From: Caecitellus pseudoparvulus
Taxonomy: Eukaryota; Protista; Bigyra: Bicosoecida
Assembly: GCA_965644315.1 (NCBI GenBank)
Contig: CBFFRQ010000053.1
Location: 310,001 to 374,000, forward strand
Length of the DNA: 64,000 nt
Direction of reading: 5' to 3'
The translations under genes and the position numbers were made by a program. Positions 13,133 through 22,894 of this stretch are shown in pieces (the first letter of the stretch is position 1; each line of letters opens with the position of its first letter). Below the pieces are notes generated by a model. It was not told the origin of the DNA. It saw only the letters and a program-made list of their open reading frames with translations, and did not search any database.

Positions 13133-14140
13133 TTACTGGCGCAGCAGGGTGGGGTGTTCCGTCAGCGTGCTGTCCCACTCGTACCGCACACGAGACATGG
13201 GTGGCAGTGGCCCAGGTGGCAGTTCACCGCCGCCTCGCAGTCGCACCAGCAGGCGGTGCCGACCCTCGCCCCCACGCGTGACAGGGTGCAGCTTGTCTCC
13301 TGGCAGCGTGACCGCCAGTGTCTCCTTGTCCACATTCACATTGTGAGGCTGCACGGGGGGGACAGTTGCCAGCTCGGCCAGCAGGGCTTCGCCCTCTGCT
13401 CCCACAAGTCGACTCCATGTGCCTGCATGCCCGAGCAAGGTGTGCAGGAGCAGGTACTGGGGTGGTGGCATGGGGAACAGTCCCTGCTCATGCAGCTCCA
13501 ATGCACGAAGGGGTGTCAGGTGCTCTGCACGCTCCACCTCGCCTGTTGCGATGCCGGGTGCCTCCGCGAGGGCCCTGGACCACTGCTCCCCCTCGAACGG
13601 CACAGGGGCCCGCTGCAGGAAGAAGACCGTGTCAAACTTCCGCTTCTCGGCTTCAGGGGTGCGAAAGCGGGCGACTGGTGCAAAGGAAGGGGCATCCTCA
13701 GCTACGCGCGTGAAGTATTCTTGTGCCTCTGCAGACGGAGCAATGCTCGCAGGGCCGGTCTGAGCTACGAGGCTCGTGAGGAAGTGCACTTCGGCTGCTG
13801 TTATAGGCGCGTCGTGTGACTGTTGGCCAGGCCGGACCACCGGCCACCCCTGCCCTGTCTCTTCGAGGCACTCCCTCACAGCGGTGATGCGCAGGGTTCC
13901 AAGTTCGCCCTGGGCGCTGCCAAGTGACACGTCAGGGCCTTCTACCTTTCCACCTGGGAACACGTGAGCTCCTGCCATCACAGAACTGCGCGTTGCCCGC
14001 TGCATCCACAAGAGGGTGTACTGGTCGTCAGCTGGGTGCGAAGTAGGGGCAGCTAGCAAGAGACATGCACTGAGAGCAGGAGCGGGTGCTGCTTTTTTTG
14101 CTGCTTGGGTGAGCTTGCTGAATGCTCGGAGTGCTGCCAT
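13133..14140 (-). CDS. Nudix hydrolase, NUDT19-like (acyl-CoA diphosphatase family)
   Basis: Motifs AHVFPGGKVE, TAVRECLEETG (Nudix box), FRTPEAEKRKFDTVFF and MPPPQY. The start was placed at MAALRAFS. Confidence 0.8.
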   Translation of the reverse strand: MAALRAFSKLTQAAKKAAPAPALSACLLLAAPTSHPADDQYTLLWMQRATRSSVMAGAHVFPGGKVEGPDVSLGSAQGELGTLRITAVRECLEETGQGWPVVRPGQQSHDAPITAAEVHFLTSLVAQTGPASIAPSAEAQEYFTRVAEDAPSFAPVARFRTPEAEKRKFDTVFFLQRAPVPFEGEQWSRALAEAPGIATGEVERAEHLTPLRALELHEQGLFPMPPPQYLLLHTLLGHAGTWSRLVGAEGEALLAELATVPPVQPHNVNVDKETLAVTLPGDKLHPVTRGGEGRHRLLVRLRGGGELPPGPLPPMSRVRYEWDSTLTEHPTLLRQ

Positions 14141-14543
14141 GGTGCCTGCTCTGCTTGTGGGAGGAGGTCGAGCTGGGTGTGAGGTGTGGAGTTTCACAAC
14201 GGCTGCGTCCACAAGTCCGCCTGGAACGCGAATGCTCACAGCTGTGCCAAGGCACTCCACAGTGGGTATCTTCACTGCCTTACTTGACAGTATGGCACAG
14301 TATTGATTTTGCAGCCGTTAGAATGGTGCACGAGGGAGGCTCTAGCTCCCGTGCCCTCGGTCGCCAACGGGCGCACTGCAAATTGTCGGCACAAACAGCG
14401 GGTGCAGCATGTCAAACTCGTAATGCAGCGCTGCATATGCGACTAGTACTTAAGCTCGAAGCCAATGCCTGCACACTGGGAGCAAAGTGCTTGGGCAAGC
14501 TTGGGCTTTGTACGGGCCGCGTTTCAAACACGTTTCAGACGCC

Positions 14544-14828
14544 ATGGCCTCAGATGAAGTGCAGGCGGCCGTCTTGGAAAGCGTGAAGAAGGCACGCAGC
14601 CACAGTGAAAAAGAGCTGCGCAAGCTGGAAAAGCAGATTTTCGAGCTGGAAGGTAGTTACTTGCGCAGCTTCCCAGACTTCAACCTGGTGCAAGGTTTCT
14701 CAGAGCAAGGCGCGGCAGGTGGGCCCCTTGAGGGTGCATTGCCCGAGGACCTGTCGGAGCACCGCATCTTCTCCAAGTCTTCCCTCACCTCTCCTGTGTT
14801 TGCTAAGTCATCCACAAAAAAGCGGTGA
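14544..14828 (+). CDS. EAF6: NuA4 histone acetyltransferase subunit Eaf6/MEAF6
   Basis: ELRKLEKQIFELEGSYL...NLVQGF...HRIFSKSSLTS matches the Eaf6 pattern. Confidence 0.88.
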   Translation: MASDEVQAAVLESVKKARSHSEKELRKLEKQIFELEGSYLRSFPDFNLVQGFSEQGAAGGPLEGALPEDLSEHRIFSKSSLTSPVFAKSSTKKR

Positions 14829-14908
14829 GGCACCCCACTTTCGGTGGGGCTGCGAGCCGGCCAAGGGGGGCTTCAGCTCAAACTCAGCGGAGTCTCTCGC
14901 CCAGCACG

Positions 14909-15865
14909 TCACCGCCCAGCCAGAGCGGGCTCAATGGCCGCGCCACTGGCACTGGCATACTCAGACCACGAGCCATCGTACAGGGCCAGCCTGTCCCACG
15001 GCACACCCACTTCGTGCAGGGCAAGGAGGACAATGGCTGCAGTGACACCGCTGCCGCAAGACGTCACAAACCCGTGCTCGGACGCCACGTCCACTCCTGC
15101 GGCAGAAAATTTGGCCAGCAGCGCCTCAGGTGACAACAGGCAGCCCGTGGCCTGGTCAACGAGCTCGCTGGCTGGCAGGTTGAGGGCCCCCGGCATGTGT
15201 CCGCTTGGGATGGGGCGGGGTTCTGGGGCCTCTCCGCGGAAGCGGCCAGCCGGCCGGGCATCCACAATGCAAGGCACCGACGTTGCTTCACTTGTCATGG
15301 CGTCTAGCATGCCCTTGATGTCATCCAGCCGAACGAGGTGACTGGAAGTGATGGCCTCTCCGGGTGCGCGGGCGCCATCGGCCCCTGCTTGCCCACCGCC
15401 CAGCAATGCAGGGGCGGTCGTGGGGGTGGTGTCAACAGGCAGACCAGCTGCTTTCCATGCTGGCAGGCCGCCATTCAGGATCCGCACGTGGTGCATGCCC
15501 ATGACGCGCAGCATCCACCAGACCCGAGGCGCGCTGAAGAGGCCCGCAGCATCATACACCACCACCTCTTTCTCAGGGGCCAAGCCAAAGTGCTGGATGG
15601 CAGCTTTCACGACGGATGCAGGTGGGAACATATGGGGCAGATCTCCCGCATCTGGATCAGCGACTTCATTGATGTCAAAGTACAGGGCGCCTTGAATGCG
15701 CTCGCCTTCGTACTCCACCCGGCCGTCCCTCGCAGGGTCCAGGTGCCAGCTGGCATCCAGGACGATGGGCAAGGGCTTGCTGCCCTGAGACAAGGCACTG
15801 TGAAGCTCACTGGCAGTGCAGAGTGCTGAGCGTGCTGCGGCTCGAGTCAAGCGTGTGGCCGCCAT
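14909..15865 (-). CDS. MPST: 3-mercaptopyruvate sulfurtransferase / tandem rhodanese
   Basis: Motifs LDASWHL, LPHMFP, SAPRVWWML, DARPAGRF, GHMPGA, active-site loop CGSGVTA and LYDGSWSEY. Confidence 0.93.
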   Translation of the reverse strand: MAATRLTRAAARSALCTASELHSALSQGSKPLPIVLDASWHLDPARDGRVEYEGERIQGALYFDINEVADPDAGDLPHMFPPASVVKAAIQHFGLAPEKEVVVYDAAGLFSAPRVWWMLRVMGMHHVRILNGGLPAWKAAGLPVDTTPTTAPALLGGGQAGADGARAPGEAITSSHLVRLDDIKGMLDAMTSEATSVPCIVDARPAGRFRGEAPEPRPIPSGHMPGALNLPASELVDQATGCLLSPEALLAKFSAAGVDVASEHGFVTSCGSGVTAAIVLLALHEVGVPWDRLALYDGSWSEYASASGAAIEPALAGR

Positions 15866-16021
15866 GTCCCTTTCGGCGTGGTGGTCACCAATTTCCGCGC
15901 CTCAGCCAACGCGTGCAAGCCCTGGCACCCACTGCGCAAATCACGGCTCCCGGGCAAGTACGCACCCAAACTATTCCCAACGGAGTGCGGCCGTCTGTGC
16001 ATTCGGATTTGGTGCCCAGCT

Positions 16022-19000
16022 CTACTCTGTATAATCAGAGTCGTCGTCTTCGGAGGATGCTTGTTTGCGTCGAGGGCGGCCTCGGGGCTTCTTGGCCGAG
16101 CGCCGCGTGGAAGGTTTGCCTTTGCCAGGCGTCTCAGCTCCCTCAGGAGGTGATGGTGCAGCAGACTTCTTTGGACGACCTCGCTTTCTGCCCTTGCCCT
16201 TGCCCCTGCCGCTGCCTCCGAGGCCGCCGCCTTCCCCGACTGCCGTGCCATGCAGCGCGTCAGCCAAAGTTGCAGCAGCACATACACCATTCGAGCGCCC
16301 AGCTTCTTCAGGCAGAGCGGGGGCCTCAGCAGCTGCTGCCGAGAGCAAGCCGGAAAAAGCACTCAGGTGACCTGCAGCCTCTTGCAGAGTCAGCCCTGGG
16401 TGGCCCCCTGCTGCACGGTCCAGGACCTTAGGCACGGCCATGGGTTTCAAGGGCGGAGCCGAGAAGGGGGGCACGGTTGCAGGCGCCTCCCCCGCTTTCG
16501 TGACTGAGGTGGAGGTGAGGGAGGCAATGGAGCTGCTGCGCAGGTCGTACATGACGCGGACATTCACAATCATGCGCAGCAGCACTTCCATGCACACGAG
16601 CTCGCAGAAGGCAGCAATGACGCCAGGCTCGGCGGGGAGTGGTCGAGTAACTGGAGTGGAGGGCTGGCCATCCACCCACAGCTGCAGCGCTTCTGCCGCA
16701 GCATCGGCGCGCCTGGACACCAAGCCAGTTGCAATGTGCACCAGGGCAGCCGGCTCCTGCACCTTGGTGAAGGGCAGGCAGGTCAGCAACAGTGCAGCGT
16801 ACTGCAGCGATGCGACGTCCAGGATGACACCCCTCTCCACCGCTGCAGTGGCAGCGTGGGGCACGTCAGCAGCCTGGGTGGAGCTTCCAAGTGGGTAGGC
16901 AGCCGCACAGCGCATCCCCTCAGCAAGCCTGTCGCCACCCGCTGCAGCAATGTCATCTGCCCACGCCTCCAAGTCCTCATCGCCAGCACCCAGCCCGTCA
17001 GAGAAAGACACATCTGTGGAAGACCTGCTCAGCACGGTGCCACTCAGCCCAGCCCCCACATCAAAGCGGCGAAGCACTCGGCGGAAGAAGGTGTGCCGGG
17101 CTGAGGGCGTGCCAGCGACAGCAGCAGTGTACACTGTATCGCATGCCACTCGCATGCGGGCGCCTCCCTGAGCCGCAGTGCTTGCCGCTGCAGCCAGCAG
17201 CGGGGATGCCGCCCTGGCGGTGGGTGTGGCTGCCCTGTGCACGACGCATGCGCCGAACAAGCCTTCGGCCAACGCCGAACGCACCTTTCGCGGCTTGGAG
17301 CGAGCAAGCGCAAGCACGGCTTGGGTCGCTGGTCCCCGCACCCGCCAAGACGGGTCGCCACAAGCAGCCAGTAAGGCGGGCAGGACTTGCTCGGAGTGGA
17401 TGACCCCTCGTTCGCTGACACCGCACAGCAATGCCACTGCAGCTGCCCTCACCCGCCCCGCCTCAGCTGCTGTGACGGCGTGCAGACCTTCACCGGCGCC
17501 CGGCTTCTCGCCAGGGCATGAGCCCGTGCACAGAGCTGAGCGGACTAGCGGCAGGCACTTCCTGACAAACGCTGGGATGACGCTGTGATCCACAGCATGC
17601 TTGGGCGCGATGGAGCCTCGCAGCGCAGCAGCTGCCTCTGCTTTGGCGATGCTGAGTGTGGTGTCCACAGACTCCCCAGCAGCGAGCCCCCGCAAGGCAG
17701 CAACACGTTGGTGCACTCCTTGCCCTGCCAGGGCGGCCTCTTCCCGTGCTCCCAGCACGTCGCCGATGGCAGTCAGTGCGGCCGCCCGGACGTCTGGGTG
17801 CACCGACGGAAGCAGGGACTCTTGGAGAATGTTTGAAAAAAGCTCTTCTGAAAGCAGGCCAGGGTGGCGACACAGCACGAAGCCCATGCCGCGAGTGGCC
17901 TGGACGGCAAGGTGGGCGTGGGGGACGTCGGACCAAACGCTGTACTCGTCCACGACGAGGGCTGCAGCCGTGCCGATGGGCATGTCTGCGAAGGCGGACT
18001 CCACAGCAGCTGCCTGCTCCAAGGTGGTGGGCGTGGCTGCCGTGCCGGTGGGCGACGTCAACGTCGAGGATCCGGGGGAGCTATCTTCCACAGGCACCGC
18101 GTCGAAATCATACCCCCGCACGAGCAGCCCCATTCCGTACAGCGCCACGGCCACGCGTGAGTATGTCCATGGACTCTGTGTCTGGAAGGATGCCAGCCAA
18201 ACCGGCACGTCGTCCACATTCGGCACGCGATTGTCGAGTACTTCCCGCATCTTGCGACACTGCCGCCACCAAGTCCACAGTTGCACGCGCAGGACGCCGT
18301 CTGGGCGCTGTGCTGGGGCAAGCTTGCCTGCCTCGGGCACCTCTGCCATTGCCTGCGAAACCAGGCAGCCCCAGGCAGCTGCTGCAGCCTGCAAAAGTGC
18401 GGCAAATGGCAGAATGAGCGGCCGCTGCCGCACCTCCACGACCTGGGACAGGGCCTGTTGCAGTCGGGCAGTCAGGGCTGTGTCTGACATGGCCAGGTGT
18501 GGAAGTGTGCTGGAGAGGGTGCAGCAGGTGCGTGTTGCGACAGCCTTTTGGAGGGCGAACAGCTGCGACAGGGCACTGGCCTCACAGGCCTCCTGCATGT
18601 CTTGCGGCAGTGGGAGGGCCAGGGACACGTGCTGTACGAGAAGGCGGATGTGAGGCACGACAGCCTGCGGCACCACTGCCGCAAGCGCCTGCAACACGGC
18701 TGCCAAAGCACACACATGCTGCATGCGCCGCCGGCCTTCGTCGGCAGCAGCTTCTCCGTCCCACTCAGGCTCTCGAACCAAGCTCTCTGCGGCAGCCGTG
18801 GCCAGCGCCGCCAGCATGCGGCGCAGGCTCCACGTCAGCTTCGCGAGGCCCCGCACAGCCACGAGCGCGCCTGCTCCATTTCGCTCACGCAGCGCAGGCA
18901 CGGCGCAGTCTTCCAAGGCACTCATGCTAGAGGCACGCTGCTTGCCCCGCCGGCGTTTGGAGGGGGTTTCCTTTGCTGCTGCCTCTGACATGGCACGCCG

Positions 19001-22000
19001 CAGTGCCACAGCCAGCCAGGCAGGGGGGGAAAGCAGCGTCGCTCCAGAAGATGGAGCAGAGGAAGCAAGTGCCACCATTTGTCTTGCACGGGCCTCCATT
19101 GCCGAGGCCAGGGTTTCATCCTGCTCCGCAGTTGGCAGCGCTGTGGCGAGCTTGACAGGGGCAAACCACAGCGCATCCACCGTGCTTGTGATGAGGTCTT
19201 GCAGGGATTCCTCTTCATCTTCATCAGCCAGGCGCCGCAGCATGGCGCGCAGGACGGAAGTCTCGAGGGACCCCTGTCCAGCAGGAGCCGGCAGCTTCGC
19301 ACACTCCCCAGACAAGAGCAGTCGCTGCAGTGTAGACACCGCCGACTTGCGCACGGAGAGTCCCGAATCTTGCAGCTTTGCCAGCAGAACATCAGCGTAC
19401 GTGGGCAACAAGGACGGGTCCTGCAGCACGTACTGGCCCAGCAGCTCCACAGTGGCTGCCCGGACGGAGATGGCGCGGTCCGCCAACCGAGCACGCATCG
19501 CACTCCGCACAGCTGGCCGGCGCAGTAAGGCTGGATCCACTTGCACCAGTTGCCGCAGGGCATCCAGGGCTCGCTTGCGAGTCCCACCGCTGCCTCGTGC
19601 CATAGCAGCGAGCAGCTGCACGAGCAGCTTCTCAAAGCTGCTGAACGCGGCTGTGCCGGCAGCAGCCTGCATGCCCAAGCGCAATGCAAGCTTGGTGGAC
19701 ATGCTATCCGGACGGCTTGCAGCAGACATGGCGACCACCTGGTGCTGTAGGTCGGCGAGGGCAGAGGCCCACAGGTCGGCCAGCACCAAGTTGCCCTCTG
19801 CCTGCGCCGCTGCTTGCCACCACGAGAACCACATCCGGGCGGCAGCCAGGCCACTCCTGTCGCGGTGGGCGCTCTGAGCCAGGGGCTGTGCCATGGCTGC
19901 CCGCAGGGCAGCTTGCACGAGCCAGGCGGCATCCTCACACCCCGCAGCGCCGGGCTGGGGCGTGATGCCCGCAGCGGTAGCTGTCCACACGCTGCCTTCA
20001 CAACCTTCTGCCCAAGCTGACAGCGCGGCAGCGTGAGTATGCACTGTGAAGGGCAGCAGTGCAGAGCTGCGGGCGGTGGCAGCAGATGCGCCAGTGGCAG
20101 TGCGTGAGTGGCTGAGGGACAGGGGGGCAGGCCCAGAGCCGGCGACAGGCTCGGTGGTGGCTCCAAGTCTCAGGGGCAGGGCATCAATGCTGGCTTGAAC
20201 AAGCGCCATGCGAGTGAGCATTGTCCCCAGCAATTGCACTGTTACTGGCTGCACAGGTGACAAGTGGGCCAGCGTCTCGTCGCTGGCATGCGTGGGCAGC
20301 GTGGAGGAGCACGCCTTGAGCAGCAGCTGCAGCAGTGTAAGGGCGGCTGGAAAGCGTGGGTGTCCGACCAAAATGCACACGTCAGTCACCAGGAACCTGG
20401 CGATGCTCGCCCAGCTGGTGTCTGCCCAACCAGCTTTACTTTTCTCTGCCTTGGACATGCTGGCGCTGGTGAGCACCCTGGACAGCAGCTCCCGAATGAA
20501 GTGCCGGACCGGGCCTGTGGCGGCAGAGTCGCCAGCATGGGCAGCGCTCAGAGGTGTGGGGGGCGCGGGGGTCGGTATGGATGGTGCAGCTTCTGTATGG
20601 TTGTCGTCCTGTAAGCTGTGTGCGGCGCCTGCTGTGGCCGTGGGCACGGCATCGCTTGCAGGACTCAAGGCGTGCAGTTGTGCAATGGGCAGGGCATCTT
20701 CCTCTTCACTGTCTGCAGCCACAACATCTGCAGAGGCGGCCATTGCCCCGGAGGCATGCCTTGCAATCTGCTGCAGGGGCTGAGGGGCCCAGGCGTCTCG
20801 GAGCGCAAGTGCACCAGCTTCCGTTGCACACTGGTCCAGGATGGCAGCGTCCAGCGCACCATTTGTGGGAGCTGCATCGCAAGCCTGCAGGCACGCGACA
20901 AGCAGGGCAGTCGGTGTCTGCACCGCGGCAAGTGTGCCGTGGTACTCTGGTACAGCTGGCAGAGTGCGAAGGTGCTGGGCTGTGGGTGGCAAAAGCTCTC
21001 CAGGGCTGAGCATGGGCATGCCCAGCTTCCACGAGCGTTTCGCTGAGCCCTTGCCTGTGCCGTGCAAGGTTCGGGGTATGGCATGCAGAAGCTCATCAAT
21101 GATGCTCACCCTGGAGCTGGGATGCCGTGAGTAAACGTGGCCCAGGATGCCCACGGCTGCAGTGTGCACCGCATGGCAGGCATCTGCGCTGGAGCGCTGC
21201 CCCTTTGCAACTTCCGTGCACACAGCAGCCACACAGGCTTGCACGAGCTGCGCGATGTCCGCGTCATCAGGTGTCAGTTGTTCTAAGCATGCTGGAACCC
21301 TGCGCAGAGCCTGGGAGACGGCGAGGGAGGTGGCCTGCACGGCAGCCTGGGCAGCTGCCAGAGGAGCTTGGCCGCCCTGTGAAGGCTTCGGTGCATCCTT
21401 GCTGCCCGGCTGTGCCTTGACACCAGCATGACCTGATGGACCACTGGCTGCACTGTGCATGGTGGGGTCCCAGGCGGGGAGGACAACCTTCAGCAGCACC
21501 TGGTGCAGGGCCCGCACCGGCAACGAGAAGCCGTCCTCCACCCGCAGGGTAGCGTCCAGGGATGGCAAGGCGAGGGCCTCCAAACATGCCCCTGAAACAG
21601 TGGCGACTTCCTCCGTGTCCCTGGCGGCTTCCCCTGCTGCTAGCCAGCTCCGAAGGAAGGCAGTGAGGCCGGCCAGGATGGCGGCAGAGGCCTGCACAGG
21701 CACGCTGCCAATGCCGCCCCCCCCTTGATCAGGCGTGCCAAGGTGCACAAGGAGACTTTGCGCAACAGCTAGCGCAGCAGGCGCCTGCCACAAGCCTTCC
21801 ACAGCCCCTGCATCAGCCTCAGCAGCAGCCGACATCACCGCCGCATGTGGGAGGCTTCTCGGCGGGTCGGCAGCGGACGAGGTATCGCGGGGACTGGCAG
21901 GCTCCGCATCTTGGGCAGTGGCTGCACCTGTCACGATTTCCAGGAGGCCGGGAGCTGAGGGGCGTGAGCTGCGGCGCCGCTTTGTGCCTCTGGGGCCCGC

Positions 22001-22321
22001 AACAGTGGCGCCAGGCGAGCCAGCTGCTGCAAGAGAGTCCGCGGCGGCGCCAAGGCCTGCCCTTGCCAGCTCAGGGTGCTTTTTCAGCAGGAGCAGGGCA
22101 GTTTCATCCAGATTCCCGCCACAGCTTTGAAGGGCAGCCATGCACTCCTCCAAGGGAAGCTTGCACATGGCTTGCAAGGTCTTGCCAAGCTCCTCCTGCG
22201 CAGGCATGAAACGCAAGTGGCCTGACAGCGCACAAGCACGCGCGTAGAAAGCGCAACAGGGACATGTCAAGCACTGAAGCCCTGGGATACAAGCACATGA
22301 GGCAGAAGAGGCAGGGTCCAT
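16022..22321 (-). CDS. NIPBL: Cohesin loader Scc2/Nipped-B-like HEAT-repeat protein
   Basis: From the 2191-aa ORF (16022-22597); the true start is uncertain and was placed at MDPASS. It contains the cohesin-HEAT segment RKRALDALRQLVQVDP...DRAISVRAATVELLGQY...DSGLSVRKSAV and a Nipped-B_C-like LPFTKVQEP. Confidence 0.8.
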   Translation of the reverse strand: MDPASSASCACIPGLQCLTCPCCAFYARACALSGHLRFMPAQEELGKTLQAMCKLPLEECMAALQSCGGNLDETALLLLKKHPELARAGLGAAADSLAAAGSPGATVAGPRGTKRRRSSRPSAPGLLEIVTGAATAQDAEPASPRDTSSAADPPRSLPHAAVMSAAAEADAGAVEGLWQAPAALAVAQSLLVHLGTPDQGGGGIGSVPVQASAAILAGLTAFLRSWLAAGEAARDTEEVATVSGACLEALALPSLDATLRVEDGFSLPVRALHQVLLKVVLPAWDPTMHSAASGPSGHAGVKAQPGSKDAPKPSQGGQAPLAAAQAAVQATSLAVSQALRRVPACLEQLTPDDADIAQLVQACVAAVCTEVAKGQRSSADACHAVHTAAVGILGHVYSRHPSSRVSIIDELLHAIPRTLHGTGKGSAKRSWKLGMPMLSPGELLPPTAQHLRTLPAVPEYHGTLAAVQTPTALLVACLQACDAAPTNGALDAAILDQCATEAGALALRDAWAPQPLQQIARHASGAMAASADVVAADSEEEDALPIAQLHALSPASDAVPTATAGAAHSLQDDNHTEAAPSIPTPAPPTPLSAAHAGDSAATGPVRHFIRELLSRVLTSASMSKAEKSKAGWADTSWASIARFLVTDVCILVGHPRFPAALTLLQLLLKACSSTLPTHASDETLAHLSPVQPVTVQLLGTMLTRMALVQASIDALPLRLGATTEPVAGSGPAPLSLSHSRTATGASAATARSSALLPFTVHTHAAALSAWAEGCEGSVWTATAAGITPQPGAAGCEDAAWLVQAALRAAMAQPLAQSAHRDRSGLAAARMWFSWWQAAAQAEGNLVLADLWASALADLQHQVVAMSAASRPDSMSTKLALRLGMQAAAGTAAFSSFEKLLVQLLAAMARGSGGTRKRALDALRQLVQVDPALLRRPAVRSAMRARLADRAISVRAATVELLGQYVLQDPSLLPTYADVLLAKLQDSGLSVRKSAVSTLQRLLLSGECAKLPAPAGQGSLETSVLRAMLRRLADEDEEESLQDLITSTVDALWFAPVKLATALPTAEQDETLASAMEARARQMVALASSAPSSGATLLSPPAWLAVALRRAMSEAAAKETPSKRRRGKQRASSMSALEDCAVPALRERNGAGALVAVRGLAKLTWSLRRMLAALATAAAESLVREPEWDGEAAADEGRRRMQHVCALAAVLQALAAVVPQAVVPHIRLLVQHVSLALPLPQDMQEACEASALSQLFALQKAVATRTCCTLSSTLPHLAMSDTALTARLQQALSQVVEVRQRPLILPFAALLQAAAAAWGCLVSQAMAEVPEAGKLAPAQRPDGVLRVQLWTWWRQCRKMREVLDNRVPNVDDVPVWLASFQTQSPWTYSRVAVALYGMGLLVRGYDFDAVPVEDSSPGSSTLTSPTGTAATPTTLEQAAAVESAFADMPIGTAAALVVDEYSVWSDVPHAHLAVQATRGMGFVLCRHPGLLSEELFSNILQESLLPSVHPDVRAAALTAIGDVLGAREEAALAGQGVHQRVAALRGLAAGESVDTTLSIAKAEAAAALRGSIAPKHAVDHSVIPAFVRKCLPLVRSALCTGSCPGEKPGAGEGLHAVTAAEAGRVRAAAVALLCGVSERGVIHSEQVLPALLAACGDPSWRVRGPATQAVLALARSKPRKVRSALAEGLFGACVVHRAATPTARAASPLLAAAASTAAQGGARMRVACDTVYTAAVAGTPSARHTFFRRVLRRFDVGAGLSGTVLSRSSTDVSFSDGLGAGDEDLEAWADDIAAAGGDRLAEGMRCAAAYPLGSSTQAADVPHAATAAVERGVILDVASLQYAALLLTCLPFTKVQEPAALVHIATGLVSRRADAAAEALQLWVDGQPSTPVTRPLPAEPGVIAAFCELVCMEVLLRMIVNVRVMYDLRSSSIASLTSTSVTKAGEAPATVPPFSAPPLKPMAVPKVLDRAAGGHPGLTLQEAAGHLSAFSGLLSAAAAEAPALPEEAGRSNGVCAAATLADALHGTAVGEGGGLGGSGRGKGKGRKRGRPKKSAAPSPPEGAETPGKGKPSTRRSAKKPRGRPRRKQASSEDDDSDYTE

Positions 22322-22894
22322 GCCACGCAGATGCGTGCTGCAGCCTCTGACTGCGAGGCCAGCTCCGCGCATTGCGGTGTTTGAAACTCCCACGCGCAGG
22401 CTGCTGAAAGTAGCGATGCCCGTCAGCATCGCAGTGCCAGCTACACAACCAGACACAGAGAGTGCACAAGCATACCATTTCTGCGGTCGGCGACGCGCGC
22501 CTTGTCGCCCGAGAGCGCCGCGGCATGCTTGCTCGTCAGGGTAATAAAGGCTGCAGAGTATCGTGAAACCAGCCTCAGGCAGCAGTTCTGGCGCCAACTA
22601 GGCGCTGTGAGATCACAGCTGCAAGTGCAAGGTAATTTCGGTGGCCCTTCCCACCCCCAGCTGCTAGGAAGCTGACGGAGTGAGTTTGGTTGCGGGATTT
22701 GTCTGGCGCCAGCCGCTGTTGCTAAGCAGAAGCTGGGGAAGTTAGCGGCAAGCTTACTTGGGCCCGGGGAGTTGGCGGGCAGCCATGCCGCCACGACAAA
22801 TACCAAGATCCTCCCCACCACCCCGAAAATCACCTCCTCACCGCCTCAACTCCACTGGAAACCCCATGTTTCGCATGCTTTGCTCGGGGTCGAA

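Noticed and set aside
22322-22894. Upstream ORF extensions of NIPBL and the DEAD-box helicase from non-ATG starts
   Set aside because: They probably belong to the shared divergent promoter or UTR. Downstream ATGs give more plausible starts.
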